From: Plasmodiophora brassicae
Taxonomy: Eukaryota
Assembly: GCA_036867785.1 (NCBI GenBank)
Contig: CP145414.1
Span: 310,001 to 374,000, forward strand
Direction: 5' to 3'
Length of the DNA stretch: 64,000 nt
Below are positions 21,487-32,024 of this stretch, piece after piece (the first letter of the stretch is position 1; each line of letters begins with the position of its first letter). The notes under the pieces are model-generated. The model did no database searches. It was not told the DNA's origin and saw only the letters and a program-made list of their open reading frames with translations. Position numbers and translations under genes: made by a program.

Positions 21487-22018
21487 ATAATCAGCTCTAC
21501 CTTCTGCGCGTTCCCGCACCAGGAAACGATCAAAGTGGTTCCTGGCCGTCTCGAACGTGTTTTGGCCGTCGGGACGCGATGGCCAGAGTTGGCCAGGCGC
21601 AGGCGGTGCTGGTGGTTGCCTCAAAGCCTCTTCGTGAGACGCCGCCTTGCGTTCCCGCGTCATCGCTTTTCTGTATGGAAGCCGGAGTTGCTCGTCTGTG
21701 ACTTCGAGCGTGGTGGTACCCGCGTCCGTGAACGCGCTTGCAGCAGTGCCTCGTTCCGATGTGACGGGCAGGGAAGAAAGCCGCCGTGACAGGAAGAAAG
21801 TGGCCGTGCCAGGAAGAAAGCAGCCGAGTAGTGGTGCGAGCAACCAATGTGACGCGCAGCAAGTGCCTGGAACTCGGAAGCCCCACCGAACGCCCCACCG
21901 GCCGGATGCCCCACGGAATGCCCCACCGAGCGGCCCTTTACTGGGAGCTGCGGGAACGCGTGCGTTCGCCATATCTGGACATTCTAGTTGACCTGACGCC
22001 TTTCAAATATGTGACAGT

Positions 22019-22957
22019 TTATTGCATTGTTTCGGCTGGCTCGTGTTCGACAAATTCGGACACAATTTTGTCAGCCAATGGAACTGCATACGGCGGCTTA
22101 TTCGCCGCGAGCTCCCACAGCACGAACCGACCCGACGTCGCCGAATTGACCCCCACTTTTTTCCATGTCGACGTGTCGGGGTTGACAGGAATGGGGAGTC
22201 TTATGCGAAATGTCGTTCGGGGCGCCTGACTGTACGATGGACGGTGGTGCGCGAGTTCTTCATCGAGCGCATTCAGGCGTCCGTAGTATGTCTGCGGTTC
22301 GTCCGTCGATGCCCAAGTCGCGCACATGACCTGGGGTGAGAATAACGCAGTCGGCCAGCCATAGGAAATGATGGCGGTCTGGGCGTCGTCCTCATCTAGA
22401 TCGACATGGACGTCCTTGGCGTCGGGAATGCCGAACATCCCCGCACAGATGACCACGCGGTCCGTCTTTGTCGCTGCATCCCGGTAGACGGCGGCAAACA
22501 CGGGAGGATTGTCGATATCCACGGCGGTACGGGTCTCCGACTCGCTGGGCAGAGCAAGCTTGTACCTCTTCCGACTGCTTTTTGAATCCGAGTCATCGCC
22601 ATTGGATTCATCATTGTCCTCGCTCTTGTCTTCTGGCGCGCTTGTATCACCTCCTTCATTGTCGCCTTCTTTGCCTTCTTCAGACGAGCGCACTGGAGTA
22701 CATATTAGAATAAATAAACGTAATGGTGTACGTTGCTTACGGAAAGTGCCCTGCTTCAGCTTCGTCTCGTTAAAATGACGCCGGAACTTGTCCATGGTGT
22801 ACGCCTGGAAATCTGGATACTTATTGTATACGTCCTGCGGCCGAGTCGTCGAGGTTATCGTCCCGTCGGCGCAAAGCCTGTCCAGCAGTCGTTGCGCCGC
22901 AGACTTCTGGGTCCAACGCTTCATTTTAGGGTGTGTCGCGTTCTCACGTTGCAACAT
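22019..22957 (-). CDS. Harbinger accessory protein (ORF2; putative DNA-binding N-terminus, acidic linker)
   Basis: 312-aa ORF inside the TIRs, divergent from the transposase. Probable in-frame 48-nt intron at 22740-22693. Confidence 0.7.
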   Translation of the reverse strand: MLQRENATHPKMKRWTQKSAAQRLLDRLCADGTITSTTRPQDVYNKYPDFQAYTMDKFRRHFNETKLKQGTFRKQRTPLRLFILICTPVRSSEEGKEGDNEGGDTSAPEDKSEDNDESNGDDSDSKSSRKRYKLALPSESETRTAVDIDNPPVFAAVYRDAATKTDRVVICAGMFGIPDAKDVHVDLDEDDAQTAIISYGWPTALFSPQVMCATWASTDEPQTYYGRLNALDEELAHHRPSYSQAPRTTFRIRLPIPVNPDTSTWKKVGVNSATSGRFVLWELAANKPPYAVPLADKIVSEFVEHEPAETMQ

Positions 22958-23604
22958 CGGTCACCAGATGTTTCAACGCAGTTCTCCCTCCGTTCGTCTA
23001 ATTGGGCCCCGTTTCGGATTGGGCCCCCTTCGTCGGGTCGGGCGACCCCCTCGTCGGATCTGGCACCCGGCATCCCGTTTGTCGGATCGGGGCTCTACGC
23101 CAATGACGTATTTGGCGTGAAGGCAATCGACGGCTTTTGCAGCACGCCAAATACGTCATTGGCGCCTGTAACGTAACGCAGGAACGTCTACTCATACAAC
23201 TTCTCCGTCATACCCTGTGTGGCCGATACGGTCTATGACCTGGTTAGCGAGTAAGTTAACACACCATATCGTGAACACCTTATACGTACCCTGCGGAATC
23301 GATAATGAAGGATTTCTCTTGAAATGCGGGCATTTGAACTTGAACATTATGCCGGTGCCCCGACCATTTGTGAACCTGATTATAACACAGCCATTTATGT
23401 GGAACACAATTAGTCACGATTGAAAGAAAGTCGAATGTACGTAGCAGCCGGCAACTATCAAAGAAGAAGATATCGCGAAGCTATAGACGAGATATTGGCA
23501 CTGGAATTGGTGTAGTACCGACGTTTCATCAACCTACGGACGTTTTGCATGGCGCCAAAGTCGTATTTGGCGTCAAGCCAAACGTCAACATTGGCCGCAC
23601 GCAA

Positions 23605-24516
23605 ATGTCGACTTTGGCGGAGGCTGCCACAGCCGACGACTTCTGGGCGTTGGGACATACCCTGACCCGGCATCGGGTATCGCATGGGAGAGCCACCGGG
23701 CATCGTCGGTTCCGGGCGATGTTTGGTGTTTCCCCAGACGTTTGCTCTCTGCTGTGGGCATTATTGCGAGGTGACCTGCCGCAAACAGCGAAGCCGATTC
23801 ACTTATTGTGGTCGCTTCTGTTCTTAAAACGGTACGATACTGAGCACATCAACCGAGCAATAACGGGAGCCGATGAAAAAACGTTCCGGAAATGGGTATG
23901 GGCGTTCATACAGCGGCTTGCCAATCTTGCAGTGGTATTATTCGCATACAACTGGCATGTTTAATTCGTGGTTGACCTGTGCATTCAGATCCAATGGAAA
24001 GACCGCTTCGCCGGTGCTCCAAGGCATTGCAATTGTTTCGTGTCTTTGGACGCGACTGATTGCCCCATACAGGAGCCGTCGCCGTTCGATCGAAAATGGT
24101 ATTCCCACAAAACCAATGGGCCAGGGGTCCGGTACGAGGTTGGCATATGTATTAGAACTGGTCGAATTGTCTGGGTCTCCGGGGGTGTTCCTTGTGGTGA
24201 TTGGCCCGACCTAAAGCTGGCACGGTTCGGTTACCTGGCACATGTTCGCCAAGGGGAAGTAACGATTGCGGACAAAGGTTACCGTGATCGTGGCTTTTTC
24301 AAGTGGCCTGAAGATGATGATCCAATGAACACCATAATCAAACGCATTTTGGCCCGACACGAAACGGTCAACAAGCGTCTGAAGGTGTTCGAAGTGCTGA
24401 ACCAGCCGTTCCGACATCCGCGCTATCGCCATCCGCAATGCATGCATGCGGTCGCCAACGTTGTGCAAATGATGCTGCAGAACGGCGAACCATTATTTAG
24501 TGTCCAACCAGTATGA
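23605..24516 (+). CDS. Harbinger DDE transposase (DDE_Tnp_4-like), 1 intron
   Basis: SLDATDCPIQEP..WYSHK, WPDL, IADKGY, ARHETVNKRLKVF. Intron at ~23935-23988. Confidence 0.88.
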
Positions 24517-24870
24517 TCCCACAGCATATGCATCGATCACCACTGAGCATATGGCGCATATTCCCCAACATTTTGTTAAACGCTTTCAGTTCAACGCGCC
24601 AGCAGCTTTGCCAGCTCTCGTATATGGAAATTACTACCGGGTGTTACTAAGTCCATACTCTACGATGTCACAAGGATGCAGATTTATTATCATTGTTGGG
24701 TTCTGATCAATTATTGTTATTGGTAGCAGATTTCGTAATGTATGACGGTTCCCGCAGCTCCCTGATATGCATTTAAAATAATGTGTTGAGCGTTTGCGGG
24801 ACGGAAAAAACGAGGACGGCGCTGGGCGGCCGCGACGACGTCACTGAAGGCTGCCCCGACCCTTCGGTGA

Positions 24871-26257
24871 ATGCCTTCCGCAGTCACTGACGGCAGCGGC
24901 AGCGAGTCGCCGTCGATGCAGAGGACGGCTGGTCGGACGCAGCAGTTCATCGCCTGTTCGCTGGTGGTCTTCTCCTGTTTCACGGTGTATGGCGTTCTGC
25001 AGGTGGGACAACCCGGGCGGGCGGCGCGCGCGTTGACCACTGATAGCGCTGCTGGCCAATGCAGGAGTATATACTGAAGCGGATTCCGGGATACGAATAC
25101 GGGACGTTCATGACGCTGTTCCAGTTCACCGTGTCCGGGTTGCTGATGCACGTGTACCGGAACGTGTCCGCAGGCGGCCAGAAGCCGACCAACGCCCCGA
25201 TCCACGCGTTCGCCATGATCGCGCTGCTGTCCGTCGCGTATGTTACGGGTCTGTCCACAGGTCGCCACATTGGTGGCTGACCGGCTTCGAACGCAGGACC
25301 GTCGGCCTGAGCAATGTGTCCGTTTCGTATCTGAACTATCCGACTCAAGTCCTGTTGAAGAACGCGAAACTGATCCCGGTGATGCTTGTCGGGAGATTGT
25401 GGCTGGGGAAGGCGTACTCTACGTTGCACTATGTTGCCGTTGTTTCGCTGACGGTCGGGCTCATCATTTTCTCTGTCGGCGACTCCTTGTCGAAGACCGA
25501 GTTCAACGTCATGGGTAGCGCGTCCTGCTGGGTTCCTGCGTTCATCCGCTGCTGACCCGGGATAGGTCTTGTACTCATCAGTGGCGCCCTGCTTGCCGAT
25601 GCGTTCATTGGCAACGTCCAGGAACACATTCTGTCAGCGTATCGCGTTTCGACTGTTGAGCTTGTGGGGACGACGCCGCCGTCGCGACCGACGCCCGTCG
25701 TCTCACACGTGACGCGTTTCAGATTTATTTCACAAAGCTGTTTGGCGCCATGTTCATCTGCTTCGTATGTCTCGCCATGGGGGAACTGTCACCTGCGCTC
25801 CAGTTTGTCCAAAGTCACCCATCGACGGTTGCGTACCTATTGGTAAGCGGTCGCATTCGCTGTGCTGCTCGAACTCACGGTTCGCGAAGATGTACAGTGT
25901 CTCAGGCATGGTCGGCGAGCTATCCGTGCTGACCCTCATCGAACTGGTATGTATGGCCACACTGTCACGACACGAGTCACTGTTCCCATGGTTGGATAGT
26001 TTGGTGCCCTCGAAGCTGTCACTGTGACATCGCTGCGGAAAATGTTTACAATCATCCTGAGCTTCCTCCTGTTCCCCAAGCCCGTCAGTGCAATGCATTA
26101 CGCTGGCGCCGCGATTGTGTTCGGCGCGATCGCGCTCAACGTCTACACGAAGAACGCGAAGGCCATCGACCCCATCATCGCGAGGATAATGCTACGAATC
26201 GGCTACAAGAAGCCGATAGCATATACGACGCTCGACCAAGTGCAGACCATGGCATAA
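24871..26257 (+). CDS. Nucleotide-sugar/PAPS transporter, SLC35B (UAA) family
   Basis: YGVLQE, SVSYLNYPTQVLLKNAKLIPVM, ADAFIGNVQE, TSLRKMFTIILSFLLFPKP. Multi-exon. Confidence 0.88.
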
Positions 26258-26320
26258 TGCAATCGCATTACTGATGGCGCCGACATTGTTCTTCATAATC
26301 TAACATTATAAAATATTCCT

Positions 26321-27692
26321 TTACTTTACATGCCTCCGCTGCTTGCTTACTACGGCAGCCCGTTTCTTGACCTTCTTCTTGACCTTGAACTTCCGTTTCT
26401 CACGCTGCTCCGCTTTAGCAACCTTCTTCGCCTCCTTGCGCTGCTCGCGCCGTTGCTCTTTGGTCAGCACAGGCCGATCGGGTTTGTCAGCGTGTGTAAC
26501 GTCGTCTGCGTCGTCACTTCCATCGTCATCATCACTAGCAGCACTGCCACTGCCAGAGGCTTCGCTGTCGGTTTCCTCTTCGCTACTGGATTCATCGTCG
26601 TCTGCATCGCTGACGACCATTCGTCGGAGCGCCAGCGACAGCATTGCGCTACCCTGGATCTCAGCGCGGGGCGCTTCACGATCGAAGTCATACAGCTGGT
26701 CCAGCGATGTTGGCATTGTGCAATGTGCGAATTCGCTCTCCTTCAGGTCGACTTCGTCACCGCCGTCCGCCACATGCTGCTCTGCTTCAGCTAACTTGTC
26801 GTCAAACATGGCCTGAGAAGCGAAACACGTTACCGCTTAACGTTTTCAGCATTGGGGAAATCGGAATCCTTACCTGAAGCGCGCCTTCGTCGCCCAGGGA
26901 CGCGTCGGTAATGATCTCGAAGAGCGTACGAGGAGCAACACACAGTACGTTGTGCTTGTTTCTGAAGAAGTTCGTGATGTTTCGACAGTCGGCAAACAGG
27001 AACTCCAACGCCATCGGATGGTCCATCTCGACCGACTGCGACACATCGATGAGGACGCATTGCCCTTCGTGATACAGGATGTTGTACTCGCTCAAATCGG
27101 CGTGGACTAATCGGCAGACGTGAAACATGCGATACATAATGCCGACCATCTGCTCGTATGCCCCAGCGGCCTTCTTGGACGATAGCACAGCGTCCTTCAG
27201 GCGAGGCGCTGGAACTCCAGTGGTGCTGTCACCAATCATGGACATGACCAGCACGTGGGAGCGCAGGACAACCGGGCGTGGACAGGGAATCGCGGCAGAG
27301 TGCAGGCGTTTCAGGTTGCGAATCTCCTTCTCTGCCCAGACTTGGACCATCTTCAGGTTGTTGTTCTTGCAGAAGCCGTGTCGGAAACGGTGCTCGCCAA
27401 CAACGTACCGTTCGCGGTCCTTGAACACAAGGATGGCGGTCTTGAAGACCTTAACGGCGAGTTGCTCGTCGTTTCCGACGGCCCTGTACACATTGGCCTC
27501 TTTGCCAGTGGAAATGCACCCACCGATATCGCTGAGGACACCGGTATTGAGCATTTTGAACAAGATCAATCGGGTGCGGTGATCGAGACACTGATCGGTG
27601 GTGGCGCGTTCCTCTTTGCCGTGTCCTGGACCGGCCGTGGTACGCTGGACCTCGGGGCCGGCATCGTACCAGTCGTCGTCAGCGCCGCTCAT
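26321..27692 (-). CDS. RIOK1: RIO1 atypical Ser/Thr kinase
   Basis: CISTGKEANVY, FKDRERYVVGEHRFR, WAEKEIRNL, LVHADLSEYNIL, IDVSQSVE, and a Lys-rich tail EQREKRKFKVKKKVKK. Confidence 0.93.
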
Positions 27693-28339
27693 GGCAGATA
27701 CCCTCCAGGGAATCTGCGCGCGGACTCCGTGGAGCGCGCGGTCCAACCCCGAACCGACCAGGTCACATTGCAGGAGAGCCGAGCGTTTCGGTCGTTTATA
27801 ACGGGCGTGATAACGTCTGCCATAGTCTCATAGAGGAGTTACATAACGCGTTACGTCCCATTTATGACGACCAGAACACCAAATCATAGCTCACGCGTGC
27901 CTCAGATTATAAGTTCACTTCCTCGGTATCCGAGTCGGCCTATGTACCGATAACGTCGTCATGGACATCCTTCGGCTTCCGGACGCGATCGACCTAATCG
28001 CGATCACAGGTCTCCTCAAATTCGGTGTCGTCGACCGGATCCATCAGTTCGTTTTCTCCACACCTGTCGGCAGCACATTCCGGGCGAGATATTCCGTCCA
28101 GGAGTGGACATCAATGAGGCGCTCGAGGAGCCCGTCTATTGGCCGCGCGAGCGGAACCTTTCGCGACCAATTCGGACGAGTTGAACGAAACTGCGATACC
28201 ACGACGTTCATTACCTATTTGCATTTCCGGAACAGGTTTATCTTGCCTTTGAATTGTGGGCGTGGTGACGACGCGATGGTTCTGATCACGTTGGTTCACC
28301 GTGAAATCGGCCCGCGTGCGCGACAGCGGTCGCCAGGTC

Positions 28340-29050
28340 GCTGTATCACCTGAGGAGTATCCCTCAGCTTTACGATCTCGCCGTTACCGGTCCTACCACA
28401 TCTGCAACGACAAGAGGGCGTTCGTGCAGATCAGAGGTCATGAGGAGAAGATACTGGGTGGAGACAAGGACTACAAGGGATGTCAAGTGGAAGGCATCGG
28501 CACGGTCAAGATCAGGACCGGTAACAACGAGATCGTAAAGCTGAGAGATACTCTGTACGTACGTACCCGCGTTGAAGACAAATCCGATTTCTGGACGGAA
28601 GGCCATTGATTCCGGGTGCGTTGCACGGCGCGACGAGAAGGTCACTGAGTACACAAGAAAGGCGACCAAGAAGTTGGCGCTGGTCCTGAAGCGCCTGTCG
28701 AATGGCTATTGGGGACAGGAGGGCACGCAAACGAAGGGAGAGGTTGAGGTGCTGTACGGGAAGCAGGAGGAGGCCAACACTGGAGCAATCTCAAGGTTAC
28801 GGAGCGAGACCAACTTGATTGGATCGTCGGGATCAGGATCACGAGACAAGCAAATGGAGACGTAGCGCTAAGTCAAGAAGCATACGTGAACGCGTTGTTA
28901 GAGAAGTCCAAGATGACGGAATGCAAGGGAGCAGCGACACCCATGGATGGGCATACACGACTGAGCGTTCGAGGTGGGAATCCCGCCTGCAAGAGACAGT
29001 GGCATTATCGTCGGCGGAGTCAGGGATCGTCGCGACTTCCAACCCGGGAG
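28340..29050 (+). pseudogene. Degenerate Ty1/Copia pol relic
   Basis: Fragments with stops and deletions: YHICNDKRAF..VEGIGTVKI..LRDTLYV (Copia protease region), QEAYVNALLEKSKMTECKGAATPM (RT end), LQETVALSSAES (RNase H). Confidence 0.7.
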
Positions 29051-29595
29051 GTAGGCAAGCGGCGAGCAATGCCCCACTGCTGACGGCGTCGTCACTCGTC
29101 AGCGGTCGGAGGCCGCCTGTCACCGTGGCGTTACCTAAAACGTCCAGGAAGACGTCCCCGGAGCAGGGGGCTGCGCTGGGTGGTCAAGGAATAATAAATA
29201 TCCCGTGACAGGGTGTGTGTGTGTGTGTATAGGAACCATGGACCTGTACGTACTACGCGTTGGAACGCGCGCGATCGACGGCCAGCTTAGCTCGACACCC
29301 GGCGGCGCGGCCTTCTCGGCGGCGAATCGAGGCGCCCCGCGTCTCCATATATCTGGTGTAACCATTAACTGGGCGTTACCGGTAGTACCCAGTCGGCGCT
29401 GGGTCGTATCGGCGCGGGGTGGCTGACAAAACGGGTCTGGGCCGGCCCGTCCCACTGCCCCGCGTTCTATGAATAGACGGGGCGGCCCCGGGGCAAGCCA
29501 CGCACAAATCGGGGGAAGTGCGCTGGGCCACGACGGCCAGGAGGTAACCCACGCGCCCGCCCCGCGCCACTGGTTGCTCCAGACGCGACAATCCG

Positions 29596-30498
29596 ATGGA
29601 TTTCGCCGAGTGGCCCGGCGAACCGATCCGCTCCTACTGGTGCGCCGTCTGCCAGCAGTTCAGCGTCAAGACCGCCGGCCAGATTGCCCAGCACGAGCGC
29701 GAGCACCAGGCGGGCGCCGCCGCAGCCGCAGCCGCCGCAGCCGCCGCCGCCGCCGCCGCCACCGCCACCCCACGGTCCGACCCGGTGGCGGCGCCGTCGT
29801 CGCCAGCCGCCGTCAGACGGAGAGGAGCGCCGCCTGCCCGAAATGTCTTCGTCTGCCCGTTCGACAACTGCAGCATCTCGTTCAAATGCAACAGCCACCT
29901 GGAGCGGCATATTCGCACCCATACGGGCGAGCGCCCGTTCGGCTGCGCCACCTGCGGCAAGGCGTTCAAGCGGCAGAGCCACCTGACGCGCCACGAGATG
30001 ACCCATATGGAAGGGCGCCCGTACACGTGCGGCGAATGCCACAAGTCGTTCACGACGACGGACGCCCTGAAGAAGCACCTGCGCCTGCATTACGGGGAGC
30101 GTCAATTCCAGTGCACGCTCTGCGACAAGGCGTTCTTCACGGCCGAGAACCTGCGCGTGCACACGCGCTCGCACACCGGCGAGAAGCCGTACGCCTGCCG
30201 GTTCTGCGACAAGGCCATGACGACGGCCGGCAGCCTCAAAGAGCACGAGCGCATCCACACGAACGCCCATAACCTATTCGTGTGCGTCGCCTGCGCGACG
30301 ACGTTCACGACGGCGAACGCGCTGCGCGTCCACCTGCAGACGGCACACAACGACGGCGCCCCCGTCCAGCACTGCGGCCTGTGCCAGCGCGGGTTCTCCA
30401 GCTCCAGCAACTTCAACAAGCACATGAAGCGCGCCCACTCGCTGGAATTGCACGGCGGCGACGACAACGACAACGACGACGATGACGCGTTCCGTTAA
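29596..30498 (+). CDS. C2H2 zinc-finger protein (~7-8 fingers, poly-Ala)
   Basis: Repeated CxxC..HxxxH with HTGERP/HTGEKP linkers. Confidence 0.88.
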   Translation: MDFAEWPGEPIRSYWCAVCQQFSVKTAGQIAQHEREHQAGAAAAAAAAAAAAAAATATPRSDPVAAPSSPAAVRRRGAPPARNVFVCPFDNCSISFKCNSHLERHIRTHTGERPFGCATCGKAFKRQSHLTRHEMTHMEGRPYTCGECHKSFTTTDALKKHLRLHYGERQFQCTLCDKAFFTAENLRVHTRSHTGEKPYACRFCDKAMTTAGSLKEHERIHTNAHNLFVCVACATTFTTANALRVHLQTAHNDGAPVQHCGLCQRGFSSSSNFNKHMKRAHSLELHGGDDNDNDDDDAFR

Positions 30499-30568
30499 GC
30501 GCCTGTTGTTGTTGCTCCATCGTATTAGGGCAGTCGTGGACCTACACAGGTGAATATTATATATAAGT

Positions 30569-31507
30569 CTATTTGTTCGTCGCCACATCGACGTCGTCGT
30601 CGTCGCTGGTCTGGTTCGCGATCGTCGTAGTGGTCCTCAGCAGGGCGATTATGGCGAGGCTGTTCCCGGCGAGGGCGGCCACGCCCAGGAACCAGTACGA
30701 CACGATGAACGCGAGCGCGTTGGCAGGCGATAGCAGAAGCGCGGCCAGGGCGACGATGACGCCGGGCAGGGCGGCCACGTAGGCGATGGTGCAGACGGAG
30801 GAGACGAGTAGGAGCGTGTTGAGGCGCAGGAACAGCGGCGCGTGCGTGCCCAGGCTTTCGCTCATGGCGCCCGACAGCGCGCGTTTCGTGGCGACGGCGC
30901 GGTACGCGATGTGCACGGCGAACAGGGCGCGCAGGGCGGCGAAACAGGCGGCGACGATCGGCAAGTAGATGCGGACGAGCCTGGGCGCGACCGCCAGGAC
31001 GACGACGACGACAGCGTCGAACACGATCGGGAGGAAGGCGACGACGCCGACAAATTGCCGCATCCAGGATCGCAGGCAGGTCCAGGACGGCGCCGGTTGG
31101 AGGCCATCCGACGACGAGTCGTCGAGGAGGGGCCGTCGTTTCGGGTCGTGGCCGACGGCCGACTGCAGGAGGCGGACGGCGTCCTGCTGCCTCTGGCAGG
31201 AGTTGCGCAGGCGGTGGACGACCATGGTGGACGTCAGGCCGACGCCCTGCAGCCCGAACAGCAGGAACGACTGCAACCGCCACGGGATCACGTTCCACGA
31301 CAGCACGCCGTCGACGACGGCCCAGGCCAGCAGCGCCATCGACAGCGTCTCGCCGACGACGGGCACGACGGACGCGGCGGTCCGGATGCGACGTCGCGGC
31401 CCGCCCGCCCCCGACAGGCCCGCCTGCTCGACCAGGACGGCGACGCCGGCACAGGCCGCCAGCGCCAGCGGCAACGCCGGCAGCCAGAGCCACGATGAAA
31501 ACGACAT
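30569..31507 (-). CDS. Multi-pass membrane protein, unknown function
   Basis: ~312-aa intronless ORF with about 8 hydrophobic segments. Confidence 0.6.
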   Translation of the reverse strand: MSFSSWLWLPALPLALAACAGVAVLVEQAGLSGAGGPRRRIRTAASVVPVVGETLSMALLAWAVVDGVLSWNVIPWRLQSFLLFGLQGVGLTSTMVVHRLRNSCQRQQDAVRLLQSAVGHDPKRRPLLDDSSSDGLQPAPSWTCLRSWMRQFVGVVAFLPIVFDAVVVVVLAVAPRLVRIYLPIVAACFAALRALFAVHIAYRAVATKRALSGAMSESLGTHAPLFLRLNTLLLVSSVCTIAYVAALPGVIVALAALLLSPANALAFIVSYWFLGVAALAGNSLAIIALLRTTTTIANQTSDDDDVDVATNK

Positions 31508-31692
31508 GTCCACGTTTGCATTCGTTTTTTGCACGTCCCGTTCACCACCACGTCGCTGTCGGCGCTGCCGCTCGTCTGCTGCAGCCTGCACTACGTGCGC
31601 CCGTGACTGCGCGACTCGGGCTGCACCGCAAATAGCGCGACCGACGGTTCGACGCAGGGCCCGGTCCGTTTACTGACGCGTGGGTGTTTCGC

Positions 31693-31908
31693 CTACTCGG
31701 CGTGCTGGTGGCTGCACGCGATCTGGTGCTTGAGCAGGGCGTTGCGGACGACGGCCGCCTCCTGTTTCGTCTTGAAGTGCAGCGCGAGGTGGTGGTCTTC
31801 CTCGACGTCGGCCATGGCGACCTTGTCGTACCCGCCCTGGTCCAGGACGTCGTTCACGATCTTCAGCTGGTCCTCGCTGCCGATCACGGCCTGGATTAGC
31901 GACGGCAT
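31693..31908 (-). CDS. Small 71-aa protein, possible ferredoxin-like (beta-alpha-beta-beta-alpha-beta) fold
   Basis: ATG-started ORF with strong GC3 codon bias and alternating strand/helix pattern. Confidence 0.5.
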   Translation of the reverse strand: MPSLIQAVIGSEDQLKIVNDVLDQGGYDKVAMADVEEDHHLALHFKTKQEAAVVRNALLKHQIACSHQHAE

Positions 31909-32024
31909 CGCGTCACGTCGCCTCTAATCGGAAATGGGCCGACGAACGCGATCGGTACTATCTGTCCGCGCGCACCCCCTCCGGATACGATCGATGCGCG
32001 CACGCCCTCTATTCTGTATTAAAT

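Larger units (their letters stand above)
14480..21663 (-). mobile_element. Crypton-like tyrosine recombinase gene, interrupted and partly duplicated by the LTR element, 3'-truncated
   Basis: Spliced protein has GRTSD (R), RVKT (K), TNHSLR (HxxR), YGGW (W) and AAAKY (Y), plus an N-terminal helical domain (21063-21663). Intron gtaagt..cgcag at ~15348-15297. No RT of its own. Confidence 0.75.
21944..24761 (+). mobile_element. PIF/Harbinger-superfamily DNA transposon, copy 1 (2818 bp)
   Basis: 14-bp TIRs GGAGCTGCGGGAAC / GTTCCCGCAGCTCC, 3-bp TSD CTG, two divergent genes. Confidence 0.92.

Noticed and set aside
14480-21663. DIRS/Ngaro-type YR retrotransposon (YR + RT + split repeats)
   Set aside because: The RT is Copia-type with its own DDE integrase, LTRs, PBS and PPT. 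The YR gene is on the opposite strand and is interrupted by the element.
21664-21972. ORF start at 21972 fusing Harbinger end to YR
   Set aside because: The ATG lies in the Harbinger subterminal sequence and the extension looks non-coding.
29213-29228. (GT)n microsatellite; also poly-Ala (29715-29762) and poly-Gln (32700-32730) codon runs
   Set aside because: Ordinary simple repeats.
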